Shown here one piece after another: positions 39,578 to 49,427 of a DNA stretch of 64,000 bases. The notes under the pieces were generated by a model. The model was not told where the DNA came from, did no database searches, and saw only the letters and a program-made list of their open reading frames with translations. The stretch's first letter is position 1. Every line of letters begins with the position of its first letter. Made by a program: the position numbers and the translations under genes. The stretch lies in IMG/VR virus record IMGVR_UViG_3300028591_000072, positions 32,001-96,000 of that record; one strand, 5' to 3'. Source of the stretch: a virus (Duplodnaviria; Caudoviricetes).

Positions 39578-39856
39578 ATGGAAACTTACAAAATAAATCA
39601 CGAATTAAACCAATATGATTACGCTGAAGGAATAGAATTCAATGGATTAATGCCTAAATTAATGGAAGCAGACGGAGTTGACACAACAGGAACAAGCGAC
39701 ACAAATGTTAAATTCTTCGGATTTAACGCAAAAGGAAGCGATTCATTAGAAGTTGTTGACATTGATGCATTGAATGAAAAGGAAAGCGGAAGTGAAAGCA
39801 ATGGCGGAAACGAAGACAATGGCGATGAAAATGGCGATGAAAATGGCGGTAAATAA
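39578..39856 (+). CDS. short paralog of the N-terminus of the next gene
   Basis: NHELNQY..EGIEF.GLMPK.M...GSDSLEVVDID shared with 39962..41575. Confidence 0.75.
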   Translation: METYKINHELNQYDYAEGIEFNGLMPKLMEADGVDTTGTSDTNVKFFGFNAKGSDSLEVVDIDALNEKESGSESNGGNEDNGDENGDENGGK

Positions 39857-39961
39857 TATGGTAACTATATACATGATGGCACAAAGCACACTTGAAAAGG
39901 TGTGCTTTTTTTGCTTCCGTTAACTATTTATAAAAAAAATAAAATACTAAAAATCACGAAA

Positions 39962-41575
39962 ATGGATAACTATATTGTGAATCACGAACTAAACCAATAC
40001 GGCCAAATAGAAGGAATAGAATTCGATGGACTTATGCCAAAATTTATGGATGCCATTGGAGCAACAACAGGAAGTAGTGACAAATATAAGAAAATGTTTG
40101 AATTTTATCCAAACGGTTCAGATTCTTTAGAGGTCGTTGACATTGATAAAATAATGGAGAACGGCAATAGCAGTGATTCTGGTGATGATAGCGGTGAAGA
40201 AACCGTTATAGTAAAACCAGAACCAACTGAAAACACTGAAGAACAACAAGCAATAGAAAACGAGATTTCAAATGCGCTAACTAGTGAAGACGGAGGAACA
40301 AAAGCATATAGTGCTGTATATGATGAAGTTAATAACTTAACAATCCCATCAGATTCATTGCGTAGTGCAACTATAAGCGGAAATGTACAAAATGGGGCAA
40401 CAATTACAAACGAATCAACAGGAAAATACTTAACTTTAAATAACACAAGTGAAACTCCAACAGATGTAAATGTAATCACAAATGGCGGTGCTGTATATTT
40501 AAGAGGTGAATATGATGACATTTACTTGGAAGGAAATGGGCTTAAAGTTTCAAGTTCAATTTATCCAAATGTACACGGAACTGTTTCTGTTGCCGATACA
40601 GACCAACCAGTTGCATTAACACTTAATTTCGTTGGAGATGACTGTGGCGTAAATTATTTAGGTGAAAACGAACTTACAATAAGTGACGGTGTTGCTGATG
40701 TCCTTGGAAGCCCAACAATATATGCACCAAATTCAAGCGTAAAAATGGGAGGAAAATATGATGAAGTTACCGCAACTGTCAGTGAAAACACTCTCATATT
40801 AAACAATGGTTTCCACGCAAACAAACTTACTGTTTTGAAAGGAAATGTTCTTCTTAATGGTGTTGACATAAATGACTTTGTTGAAGAATTAATTATGCAC
40901 GATGGCAGTGAGGTTATATATGCAGAATATCATGTATCACAAAGTAGCAATTCAAAACTTATGGGTTCATCACCAGCAAATGGAAAAATAATTCTTGACA
41001 CAGACATTGAATTAACTAAAGGACGTGCATATTCAGTACTTGCCGGCGGAAAAGAAGTCGTTGACCTTAACGGTCACACTTGGAGATGCGGAGATACAAG
41101 AACAGCTGATTCAAACCTTGGCTCATATTATCTCAGGGGTGGCAACATAAACGTAACATTGATGGATTCTGTTGGAGGCGGAGTTTTTGAAAATAACCAT
41201 GCAGATTACCTTGTTTTCTCAAATGGTGCTAACGTTGTTGTAAACGTAATGTCAGGAGAATATCGTGGATATACGCACACACTTTATGCATTGCAAGGAA
41301 CTATTAATGTTTATGGTGGAACTTTCAAACTCCTTAACGCTGACACAGCAGAAAGAGATGCTAATGGAAATCTCAAGTTCTTACTAAACTGTTATGATGC
41401 AAATTATACAGCAGGTACTGCAAAGATAAATGTATATGGCGGTAAGTTCTATGAATTCAACCCTGCTGTTACTTATGGAGAGCCGGGTGGCCCTGTAAGT
41501 TATGTAGCACAAGGCTATAAAGTTATCGAAAGCACAGAAAACGGAGTTAAGGTATACGAAGTTGTACCTGAATAA
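39962..41575 (+). CDS. putative virion surface/fibre protein (beta-rich)
   Basis: Late motif at 39923; G/T/N/V-rich with INVYGG repeats; start moved to ATG 39962. Confidence 0.6.
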   Translation: MDNYIVNHELNQYGQIEGIEFDGLMPKFMDAIGATTGSSDKYKKMFEFYPNGSDSLEVVDIDKIMENGNSSDSGDDSGEETVIVKPEPTENTEEQQAIENEISNALTSEDGGTKAYSAVYDEVNNLTIPSDSLRSATISGNVQNGATITNESTGKYLTLNNTSETPTDVNVITNGGAVYLRGEYDDIYLEGNGLKVSSSIYPNVHGTVSVADTDQPVALTLNFVGDDCGVNYLGENELTISDGVADVLGSPTIYAPNSSVKMGGKYDEVTATVSENTLILNNGFHANKLTVLKGNVLLNGVDINDFVEELIMHDGSEVIYAEYHVSQSSNSKLMGSSPANGKIILDTDIELTKGRAYSVLAGGKEVVDLNGHTWRCGDTRTADSNLGSYYLRGGNINVTLMDSVGGGVFENNHADYLVFSNGANVVVNVMSGEYRGYTHTLYALQGTINVYGGTFKLLNADTAERDANGNLKFLLNCYDANYTAGTAKINVYGGKFYEFNPAVTYGEPGGPVSYVAQGYKVIESTENGVKVYEVVPE

Positions 41576-41678
41576 TGTTGTTTCATTTAAAAGATTTTTT
41601 ATTTTAGAAGTCAGTCAGAAATGGCTGACTTTTTTTATTAATTCATTAAACTATTTATAAATGATAATTTGTCTATAA

Positions 41679-41942
41679 ATGAAAACAATATATATAACAA
41701 AAGAACAAATAGATAAAATAAAAGACTTTGAATTATTGTCAGAAAACAAAGTTCCATCGGCACAAGACCAAGTTAAAAACAAGGTGAATGCAGGTGTTAT
41801 GGATGCTGTTACGGCATGTGGAACTATGGAAGAAGGAGCTGAGCCTGAATCAAAAACATACGAGTTAGGTAAAGAAAAAAACGGTGATTATTATCACATA
41901 AACGAGGAAGAAATTAATTTTTTACTTAAAACTCTGTTTTAA
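41679..41942 (+). CDS. putative virion protein
   Basis: Late motif upstream; MKTIYITKEQ leader. Confidence 0.6.
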   Translation: MKTIYITKEQIDKIKDFELLSENKVPSAQDQVKNKVNAGVMDAVTACGTMEEGAEPESKTYELGKEKNGDYYHINEEEINFLLKTLF

Positions 41943-42025
41943 ACAAAAAATATTCACCAAAAAGACATTCTTAGTTTTTATTAAAAAAATTACACTTAAA
42001 GAAGAACTATTACAAGGAATTAAAA

Positions 42026-43357
42026 ATGAACAAAAAAGAATACAGCATATTTATAAAAGCATCAAAAAGCATTCTTGATTTTATGGAAAAAAACGGAGAA
42101 CAAGTATCACCGTTCCCAAAAATAACATTAAACAATTCAGAACAAGATGGTATTTTTATAAAAACAGGATATTATTCACCATCCGAAAATGAAGTTGTAA
42201 TTTTTGTTAATAATAGAAATATAAAAGACTGCCTTAGAAGTGTTTCACATGAATTTATACATCATATACAAAACATAAGAGGAACAAAATTAAATTTTTC
42301 ATCAGAAGATAATGTAAAAGACAATAAAGACCTAGAAAAAATAGAAGCTGAAGCATATCTAAAAGGAAACATATATTTTAGGAAATGGACTGAATATATG
42401 AAAAAAAAGTATGAACCATCACTTTTAAAAGAATCAAAAACAATATTGAATGATGAAGGCGAAGTTGTTCCAGATAATTGTACTTGTGGAGGAAAAATTG
42501 GAACTTACATTTGTGGCGAACCAATTTACAAATGCACTAAATGCGGTAAATATTATGGAACTGTGAAGTTTGGATTGGATGAATCAAAAGTGTTTGATGA
42601 AACAAACCCTGAAGATGTTGATTTATCATCATTCAACATTAAAAGAGAGCTTAACCCAAAATTTTGGAAGAACAATTTGCTTGATTCAAGAATTAGATTA
42701 AAACTTCTTGATATCGCTGAAGATTTCATTGATTTCTTAGGTGTTGATTGGGTTAAGCCTGACGATATTATTATGACGGGTTCATTAGCCAATTTTAATT
42801 GGAACAAAAAATACTCAGATATAGATTTACACGTTTTGATGGATTTTTCAAAAGTTGATAAAAGAACTGATTTTGTTAAAAAATATTTTGATTCATTAAA
42901 AAACCAATGGAATGAAGAACACGGTGATTTGAAGATTTTCGGGTTTCCCGTTGAGGTATATGTACAAGACACAAACGAAGAACACGCTTCAAGTGGCGTT
43001 TATTCATTGGATAAAAACGAGTGGCTAACGGAGCCAAAGAGAGAAAAGTTAGCAAATGCAAAAGTAAACAAATCGCTTATACGTTCAAAGGTTGCAAAAT
43101 ACATTGATTATATTGATGAATTATATAACGAATACAAAGAAAAGTCCAATGATGAATATAAAATAGAAAAAATATCAAAGGCAGCAAATAAATTATGGGA
43201 TGCAATAAAGAACGAAAGAAAGAGTGAACTTAACAACGGAAAATCAGAAATATCAAATGGAAATATAGTCTTCAAATGTTTACGAAGATTAAATTATCTT
43301 GATAAGTTATACAACTTAAAAACGCAAACATATGATAATTTGAATAGTTTGCCTTAA
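42026..43357 (+). CDS. HExxH domain + Zn ribbon + Pol-beta-like nucleotidyltransferase fusion
   Basis: SHEFIHH; CTC...CTKC; TGSLANFNW...SDIDLHV...VEVYVQD. Confidence 0.7.
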   Translation: MNKKEYSIFIKASKSILDFMEKNGEQVSPFPKITLNNSEQDGIFIKTGYYSPSENEVVIFVNNRNIKDCLRSVSHEFIHHIQNIRGTKLNFSSEDNVKDNKDLEKIEAEAYLKGNIYFRKWTEYMKKKYEPSLLKESKTILNDEGEVVPDNCTCGGKIGTYICGEPIYKCTKCGKYYGTVKFGLDESKVFDETNPEDVDLSSFNIKRELNPKFWKNNLLDSRIRLKLLDIAEDFIDFLGVDWVKPDDIIMTGSLANFNWNKKYSDIDLHVLMDFSKVDKRTDFVKKYFDSLKNQWNEEHGDLKIFGFPVEVYVQDTNEEHASSGVYSLDKNEWLTEPKREKLANAKVNKSLIRSKVAKYIDYIDELYNEYKEKSNDEYKIEKISKAANKLWDAIKNERKSELNNGKSEISNGNIVFKCLRRLNYLDKLYNLKTQTYDNLNSLP

Positions 43358-43424
43358 TTTTTTTTATTTTAATTGCTATTTATATGAAAAAAAGGAAAAT
43401 AATTCGATAAAAACAAAATAAGAT

Positions 43425-45098
43425 ATGTCAAGTTTTGAAGAAACTCTTGCTAGGATGAAAGGTCTTTATACCTATGGAAAAGAATTAAATGAAGGTAATG
43501 ACCTTAAAACACATACGTTAGAATACCATGCAATTGCAGCAGATGGCAAAAGCTATGGAATCATAAAAGAATGTAACAAATACTATATTAAATCAGCTCC
43601 TAAAGAAAAAGAAATGGTCGCTGAATCTTATGAATATCTTGGTGGATTTTGCAATAAGAAAAATTATGAATATAGCAGTTACGCAAACGCATTAAAGAAC
43701 TTTGAATTAAAAATGGCTTCAATTAACGAAGCTTGTGAAGGCAATGTCAACATTTCTACTTTAGACCCATTCAAAAAAGAAGAATTCTTGGTTGAATGTA
43801 CTGATAGAATGAAAAACGAAATTGCACGTCAAAGGCAAATTATGTACAACGCATCAATGATTATGAATGAAGCAAATGAAATTGGTGCTTCAAATAATGA
43901 CAACGTTGTTAAATATAACGGTACAAATCCTGAAACACCAAAGAAAAATGGTAATTCAATCAATGATGGCACTGATGCAAAAGTAGTTGACCAAGATAAA
44001 GTTAAAGGATTTAGCGGAAATAATCCGCACGAAAAGAAGACAAGTGGCCCCTACACTGAAAACCCATCAAAGGTAAATGAAGGTGCTTGCTGTGGAAAAT
44101 GTGGTAAAAACCCATGTGAATGCCAAAACTGCAACGAAGAAGCAGGCGACATTAGCGATGAACCATTAATGCCTAACACAAGAAATTGGGCAGGCCCAAA
44201 AATGGGTGCAAGTGAGCCAGACAAAATAGGTTGGGACATGGATGGACAAGAAAAAGTAAATGAAGAAACCAAAGAATGGGATGAAGGTTTACCGGGTTCA
44301 GCAGGTATTGGTGAGCCAGATACAGACCACAACAATGACCCATTTAATAAATCAATAAACGAGGGTGAAGAAGATTTTGATAACGAAGATAGCGAAAATC
44401 CTGAAGCAGACGATGATTCATTTGATTTAGGTGGAGACGAATTTGGTGACGAAACTGAAGAGTTTGGAGATGACGAACTTGGTGACGAAACTGAAGAGTT
44501 TGGAGATAACGAACTTGGTGACGAAACAGGCGAATTTGACGATGAAGAATTAACTGACGAACCTTCAGAAGATGAAGACCTAAGAAGTGAAATCGAATCA
44601 TTAAAGGCTGAAATTGAATCACTAAAAGCACAAATTAACGGAGAAGACACAGATAGTTTTGATAACACTGAAGATGAAGAAGATTTTAACAATGATTATG
44701 AATTTAGTGGAGAAGACGGAGAAGATTTTTCAACAGAAGGTGAAGTTGATGAATGCGGAGATTTCCAACAAAGTATGATGGAAGGAAAAAGAGCAAAAAT
44801 GGATAGTATAGTTGAATCTGTCGTTAAATCAATATTGAAAGAAGACGAACTCCACGTGTTTGGAAAGCACCCTGGCTACAGAAAGAAACCTATGGAACTT
44901 CCAACAACAGGTGAAGACCAAAACCAATGGGGCAGAGATTGGAATGATGAAAGTGTACACAGTGAAGAACCATTTGGAAAACAAATCGGTAATGGTGACC
45001 CATTTACACAATTGGTAAATGCAGTTACAAAAGATGTTATGTACCAATTAAAGAAAGGTATTCCGATTGAAGGCGCAAATAAAAAAAAAGTGGACTGA
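43425..45098 (+). CDS. acidic prohead/core-associated protein
   Basis: Located in the head module; many (L/I/V)NE sites; D/E-rich repeats. Confidence 0.65.
   Translation: MSSFEETLARMKGLYTYGKELNEGNDLKTHTLEYHAIAADGKSYGIIKECNKYYIKSAPKEKEMVAESYEYLGGFCNKKNYEYSSYANALKNFELKMASINEACEGNVNISTLDPFKKEEFLVECTDRMKNEIARQRQIMYNASMIMNEANEIGASNNDNVVKYNGTNPETPKKNGNSINDGTDAKVVDQDKVKGFSGNNPHEKKTSGPYTENPSKVNEGACCGKCGKNPCECQNCNEEAGDISDEPLMPNTRNWAGPKMGASEPDKIGWDMDGQEKVNEETKEWDEGLPGSAGIGEPDTDHNNDPFNKSINEGEEDFDNEDSENPEADDDSFDLGGDEFGDETEEFGDDELGDETEEFGDNELGDETGEFDDEELTDEPSEDEDLRSEIESLKAEIESLKAQINGEDTDSFDNTEDEEDFNNDYEFSGEDGEDFSTEGEVDECGDFQQSMMEGKRAKMDSIVESVVKSILKEDELHVFGKHPGYRKKPMELPTTGEDQNQWGRDWNDESVHSEEPFGKQIGNGDPFTQLVNAVTKDVMYQLKKGIPIEGANKKKVD
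44437..44545 (+). repeat. coding tandem repeat of about 33-36 bp (EFGDDELGDETE)
   Basis: GGTGACGAAAC...GAGTTTGGAGAT units repeated 2-3 times. Confidence 0.7.
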
Positions 45099-45163
45099 AT
45101 GAAAATTCAGTAGACGAAAAAACATTCTTAAAATTAAATAACGCATCATCCGTTGGTGGCGAT

Positions 45164-45652
45164 ATGCAACAACCCATGGATGATGCTTCTTTTCAACAAG
45201 AACCAAGTATGATTGGTAGCGGACCTAACGCTATGGGTATGGACACAAGTATGGAAGATGGCAACCCTAACGCTATGGATATGGGCCAAAATATGGCAGG
45301 TAGTGACCAAAACGCAATGGGTTATGACCCAAACGCAATGGGTGGTGACCAAAGCGGTGAAGGTTCTGATGATACAACGTCAATAATAAGCCAATTAAGC
45401 GATACTGATAAAGAAGCTGTAAGGTCTTATGCGAAAAGTATGTTAAATAAGAGTGATTCACAACAAGAAAACGGGGATGCGGATAATCAACCAATGATGG
45501 AATCAGTTGTTTTCACAAAAAAGCAATTAAACAAAATACAAGAAAATTTTGGCCCATCTCAAGACGAATTGATGAAAAAAAACGACAGAAAAGTACTGCC
45601 AAAAAAAATATCAAAATCAGGAAGTTCTCCATTTAATTCCCCATTCGCATAA
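45164..45652 (+). CDS. M/Q/D-rich head-module protein; possible -1 frameshift extension of 43425..45098
   Basis: Frame is open from 45083 across the A9G run and encodes KKSGLNE. Confidence 0.6.
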   Translation: MQQPMDDASFQQEPSMIGSGPNAMGMDTSMEDGNPNAMDMGQNMAGSDQNAMGYDPNAMGGDQSGEGSDDTTSIISQLSDTDKEAVRSYAKSMLNKSDSQQENGDADNQPMMESVVFTKKQLNKIQENFGPSQDELMKKNDRKVLPKKISKSGSSPFNSPFA

Positions 45653-45739
45653 AAACAAACACACTAACAATTAAATGAGCGTCTAAATGACGCTCTTTTT
45701 TTATTTTAATAAAACTATTTATTATAAAATTGTTTTTAA

Positions 45740-46213
45740 ATGGCAAGTATTAAAAGAATTATATTGACAAGGAAGCAATTGAACGAAGTTTTAAAAGAGG
45801 AAAACACGACAACTGTTCAATTAAACACGACCGGAAACACAATAACGTCATTGACAAATGCAGTGACAAGCAATCAGCCCGAAATAAATAACGCAGGAAA
45901 ATACGGAGATGTTAATTTACACATATCAAACCAAAAGCTAGTTGGCTCGAATGATTCAGTCCCGACACAGCACGTTGAGGTCGAAAAAGGGCAAAATGTA
46001 AACCAAGCAATACAACAGCAAGTAAACCCAACCGTTTTAAGTGACGGAGGTGATGTTGAAGTTTCCGGTGATGGAATATCTGAATATAAATCATTCTCAA
46101 AAAAGCAAATTGAAGAGGCACGTCTAAAAAAAATCCATGAAGGATATAAAACCACAAAAAGAAAATTAAAAGAACATTGGGAAGAAAAATGTCATCCCCG
46201 GAAGACGTTATAA
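45740..46213 (+). CDS. putative virion protein
   Basis: Late motif upstream; KRIILTRKQLNEVLKE leader. Confidence 0.65.
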   Translation: MASIKRIILTRKQLNEVLKEENTTTVQLNTTGNTITSLTNAVTSNQPEINNAGKYGDVNLHISNQKLVGSNDSVPTQHVEVEKGQNVNQAIQQQVNPTVLSDGGDVEVSGDGISEYKSFSKKQIEEARLKKIHEGYKTTKRKLKEHWEEKCHPRKTL

Positions 46214-46353
46214 ACGAATATAAAATGCAAGAAAAGAAAACTTCATTACCAAAATATGCAACAGCAAGTAGATGGAGCAATTTGGACTATAAAAACTAAG
46301 GAGTTAGGTATTTATGGTATCATTTAATTACAAGACAAGACGAAAACAAAAAA

Positions 46354-47502
46354 ATGCTAAACGAAGGAATATTATATGATAAATTGCCTGAAGATATAAA
46401 ATTATCAATAATAAACAATGAAACATCTTTAGGAAACAATCCGGCAATACCGGATATATATGACATACCATTTTTATTGAAAATAGCAAACAAAAGATTT
46501 GAAGAAATAAAAAACACGCTTGTTGAAATTGGCGAAATTAACGATTTTGAAGATACTGACATAAATTCTATGTTAGCAAAATTAATTAACAAATGTATTG
46601 AAATAGAAAGGCCTTTTAGGAATAAATTAGAAAAACTTTGTGTTAATTATGTAATAGACACTTTTAATGTTCCTGAAGATAGTGTGCAAATCAACTTATC
46701 TTTATCAGATTCTATTGATTTAAATGCCCCGTCAATTATTGTTGACCCTGTAGACGGAGATGAGGATTTAGAATTTGATAGTGTTGATTCGGCATCAATG
46801 ATACGTGCTGAGGTATATAAAAGAAGAATATTGGAATCTTTATGCATGGGTGGAGCTATTTCATTATCTTCAAATATTGATTCGTATAAAGACAGCATAC
46901 AAGAAATATCTCCAGAATTATGTGAATTATACTATAAAATAATCGCATTAAACAACTATGCCCTATATATGAAAGAGGATATAGGAATTGACGATGAAAA
47001 CAAAAAGCAGCTTGGCACTGTGAATGTTGAATTTGGCGGAAGAGAACAACAAGTTAGAATAACAGCACAAGGTAAAATATTTCCTGTATTATTAAGTGAA
47101 ACATTACGTGGATTTATTGAATTATTTATATCGCACGGATTGCCAAAAGAAAAAAAATTGGCTGAAATAATAATTGGAAAATCAGATTTTTTGAAAGCGG
47201 AGCCTTGGGATATGAGAATAGGGCCAAGTTTGTGGATTCTATTTTCAAATTCGCTTAATGACGTAACTTTGGATGAATTGCCATATTTATTAAAAAGAAT
47301 TGCAACTCTTGATATTGAACAATTTAATTTTTTAATGAAAGAAGTGTTTGCAAAAACAAAAAAAGGAAAACAAATAATGTCAAAAATATGCAATAAGGCA
47401 AAAAACGACATAGAATATAGTAAATTTACAGATAAAATGTCTAAAATGAAATTAGATAAATCAATAATAACTGACGAGTTTATTAAAGAAGAAGAATTAT
47501 AA
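46354..47502 (+). CDS. conserved hypothetical head-module protein
   Basis: 382 aa ORF directly upstream of the prohead protease. Confidence 0.65.
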   Translation: MLNEGILYDKLPEDIKLSIINNETSLGNNPAIPDIYDIPFLLKIANKRFEEIKNTLVEIGEINDFEDTDINSMLAKLINKCIEIERPFRNKLEKLCVNYVIDTFNVPEDSVQINLSLSDSIDLNAPSIIVDPVDGDEDLEFDSVDSASMIRAEVYKRRILESLCMGGAISLSSNIDSYKDSIQEISPELCELYYKIIALNNYALYMKEDIGIDDENKKQLGTVNVEFGGREQQVRITAQGKIFPVLLSETLRGFIELFISHGLPKEKKLAEIIIGKSDFLKAEPWDMRIGPSLWILFSNSLNDVTLDELPYLLKRIATLDIEQFNFLMKEVFAKTKKGKQIMSKICNKAKNDIEYSKFTDKMSKMKLDKSIITDEFIKEEEL

Positions 47503-47515
47503 ACAAATATATGCC

Positions 47516-49339
47516 ATGGAAAAAGGTAATTTAGTTGAAATTAAAAGAGGACAAACAGGCACTGGCCTTTTAATAGAAAATGACGGATATATTTCACCTG
47601 AAATCGGTGGAAACAAAAAACTTTTCGAAGACATAAACAACGGAAACATTAGTGATGATTTTCATTGCCCATATCCGTTTATTGTTTCTGCTGTTTTCCA
47701 AAAGTTCGGCATTGAAAACGCAAATGGAAGAATATATCCTGAAGAAATATTGAAGCGTGAAGTGCAAAAATATATGGAAAAAATTGCGGAAAAAAGAGCA
47801 ATAGGAGAATGCTATAGGCCAGAGGCAATGATTCTAACTGAAAAAGGGTGGAAACATTTATATGAAGTTTCAGAAGGGGAAAATGTATTAACATTAAATA
47901 CATTAACAAATGAAATTGAAATAAAACCAATAAAATCAATAACAAAATACAAATACAATGGAAATTTGATAAACATAAAAGGAAGACAAATCAATGACAT
48001 TGTAACACCTGACCACGGTTTTCCATTATATGATAGAAATAATAAATTTAAGAAGTTTGTAACAGCAAAAGAAATATCAGACTTTGACAATTTATCACAT
48101 TATTATATCCCAAAAACAGGAAATTGGATTGGAAGAAATGATGAATATATGATAATACCAAAAATAAATGAAAGCGAATTAGGTAAAAATATTCGTCACG
48201 ACTTAAAAGATAAATATACAACTGATTTAATTATACCAATGAACATCTTTGCAAAATTCATGGGTATATATCTTTCAGAGGGCTCACATTCAAAAAAAGA
48301 AAGTAAATCAAATAAAATTAACATTCACCAAAAAAAAGAAGAAATTTGTGAAGAAATACAAAAAATGCTTGAAGAATGGGGGATTAACTTTACAATTAAC
48401 ACTTCAAAAAAATCAGGATGTAAAACATTTGTTATAAATGACATGAGACTGTGCAAATACGTACAGCAATTTGGATTGTGCTATGACAAATTTGTCCCAT
48501 TTGAATTAAAACAGCAAAACAAGGAAATACTTAAAACTTTTTATGAATGGTTTGTTATGGGAGATGGCAGAATAAGGGGTGATAAACGAAGAAAAGACAT
48601 AAATTTATCAGATGATGTTTTTTCTACATCAAAACAATTGGCTATGGATTTAAACGAAATACAACTAAAAATTGGTTATTCAGGAACATTTTCAATTGAA
48701 AAAAGAAACAATGACAGAATAATAGAAGAAAACAGGGTTATTAAAGGTGAAAATTCGCACGAAATGTATTTCAGTTATAGGTCTTTGGTTAAAGGAATAT
48801 ATATAGATAAAAGATTCCTATCAACAAGCGAAATAGATTATGACGGAGATGTTATGTGTGTTGAAGTTGATAATCATGTTTGGTATGTAATGGATAATAA
48901 TAGATGCCATTGGACAAAAAACTGTAATCACCCAAGCGAATCTGTTATTGACCTTTCAAGAGTTGCCATAAACATAGTTGAATTACATTGGGAAGGGCAT
49001 ACTTTGGTTGGAAAACTTGAAATTATAACAAGTCCTGGTTTCAGAAAACATGGCATAATTTCTTGTCAAGGTGACCAAGTTGCCAATTTGATATTACAAG
49101 GTATTAAAATAGGTGTTTCATCAAGAGGTCTTGGTACTGTAACAAATAAAATGGGCACTTTATACGTTTCTGACGACTATGAGTGCCTATGTTGGGATGT
49201 GGTTAGTGACCCTAGTACCCCAGATGCTTGGATTACGCCTGAAGGCCAAATTCCGCAGCAATATATTGAAAGTAAAAAAGCCGAAAAAAACACAATTTTT
49301 GAAGAATTAGGTAAATTTTCGGATTGGCTAAATGAATAA
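47516..49339 (+). CDS. prohead core protease (T4 gp21-like), intein-containing
   Basis: ENANGRIYP, AIGE/CNHP, IGVSSRGLG, WDVVSDPSTPDA. Confidence 0.92.
   Translation: MEKGNLVEIKRGQTGTGLLIENDGYISPEIGGNKKLFEDINNGNISDDFHCPYPFIVSAVFQKFGIENANGRIYPEEILKREVQKYMEKIAEKRAIGECYRPEAMILTEKGWKHLYEVSEGENVLTLNTLTNEIEIKPIKSITKYKYNGNLINIKGRQINDIVTPDHGFPLYDRNNKFKKFVTAKEISDFDNLSHYYIPKTGNWIGRNDEYMIIPKINESELGKNIRHDLKDKYTTDLIIPMNIFAKFMGIYLSEGSHSKKESKSNKINIHQKKEEICEEIQKMLEEWGINFTINTSKKSGCKTFVINDMRLCKYVQQFGLCYDKFVPFELKQQNKEILKTFYEWFVMGDGRIRGDKRRKDINLSDDVFSTSKQLAMDLNEIQLKIGYSGTFSIEKRNNDRIIEENRVIKGENSHEMYFSYRSLVKGIYIDKRFLSTSEIDYDGDVMCVEVDNHVWYVMDNNRCHWTKNCNHPSESVIDLSRVAINIVELHWEGHTLVGKLEIITSPGFRKHGIISCQGDQVANLILQGIKIGVSSRGLGTVTNKMGTLYVSDDYECLCWDVVSDPSTPDAWITPEGQIPQQYIESKKAEKNTIFEELGKFSDWLNE
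47810..48922 (+). mobile_element. LAGLIDADG-containing intein (371 aa)
   Basis: AIGE|CYRPEAMILT...VTPDH...FMGIYLSEG...FVMGDG...WTKN|CNHP. Confidence 0.9.
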
Positions 49340-49427
49340 TTAACTTAATTTATTATCAGTTAATATATTTTTTCATTTTAAATGATATTTATTATTAAAA
49401 AATAACAATTAAAATTGCTAATCAATA

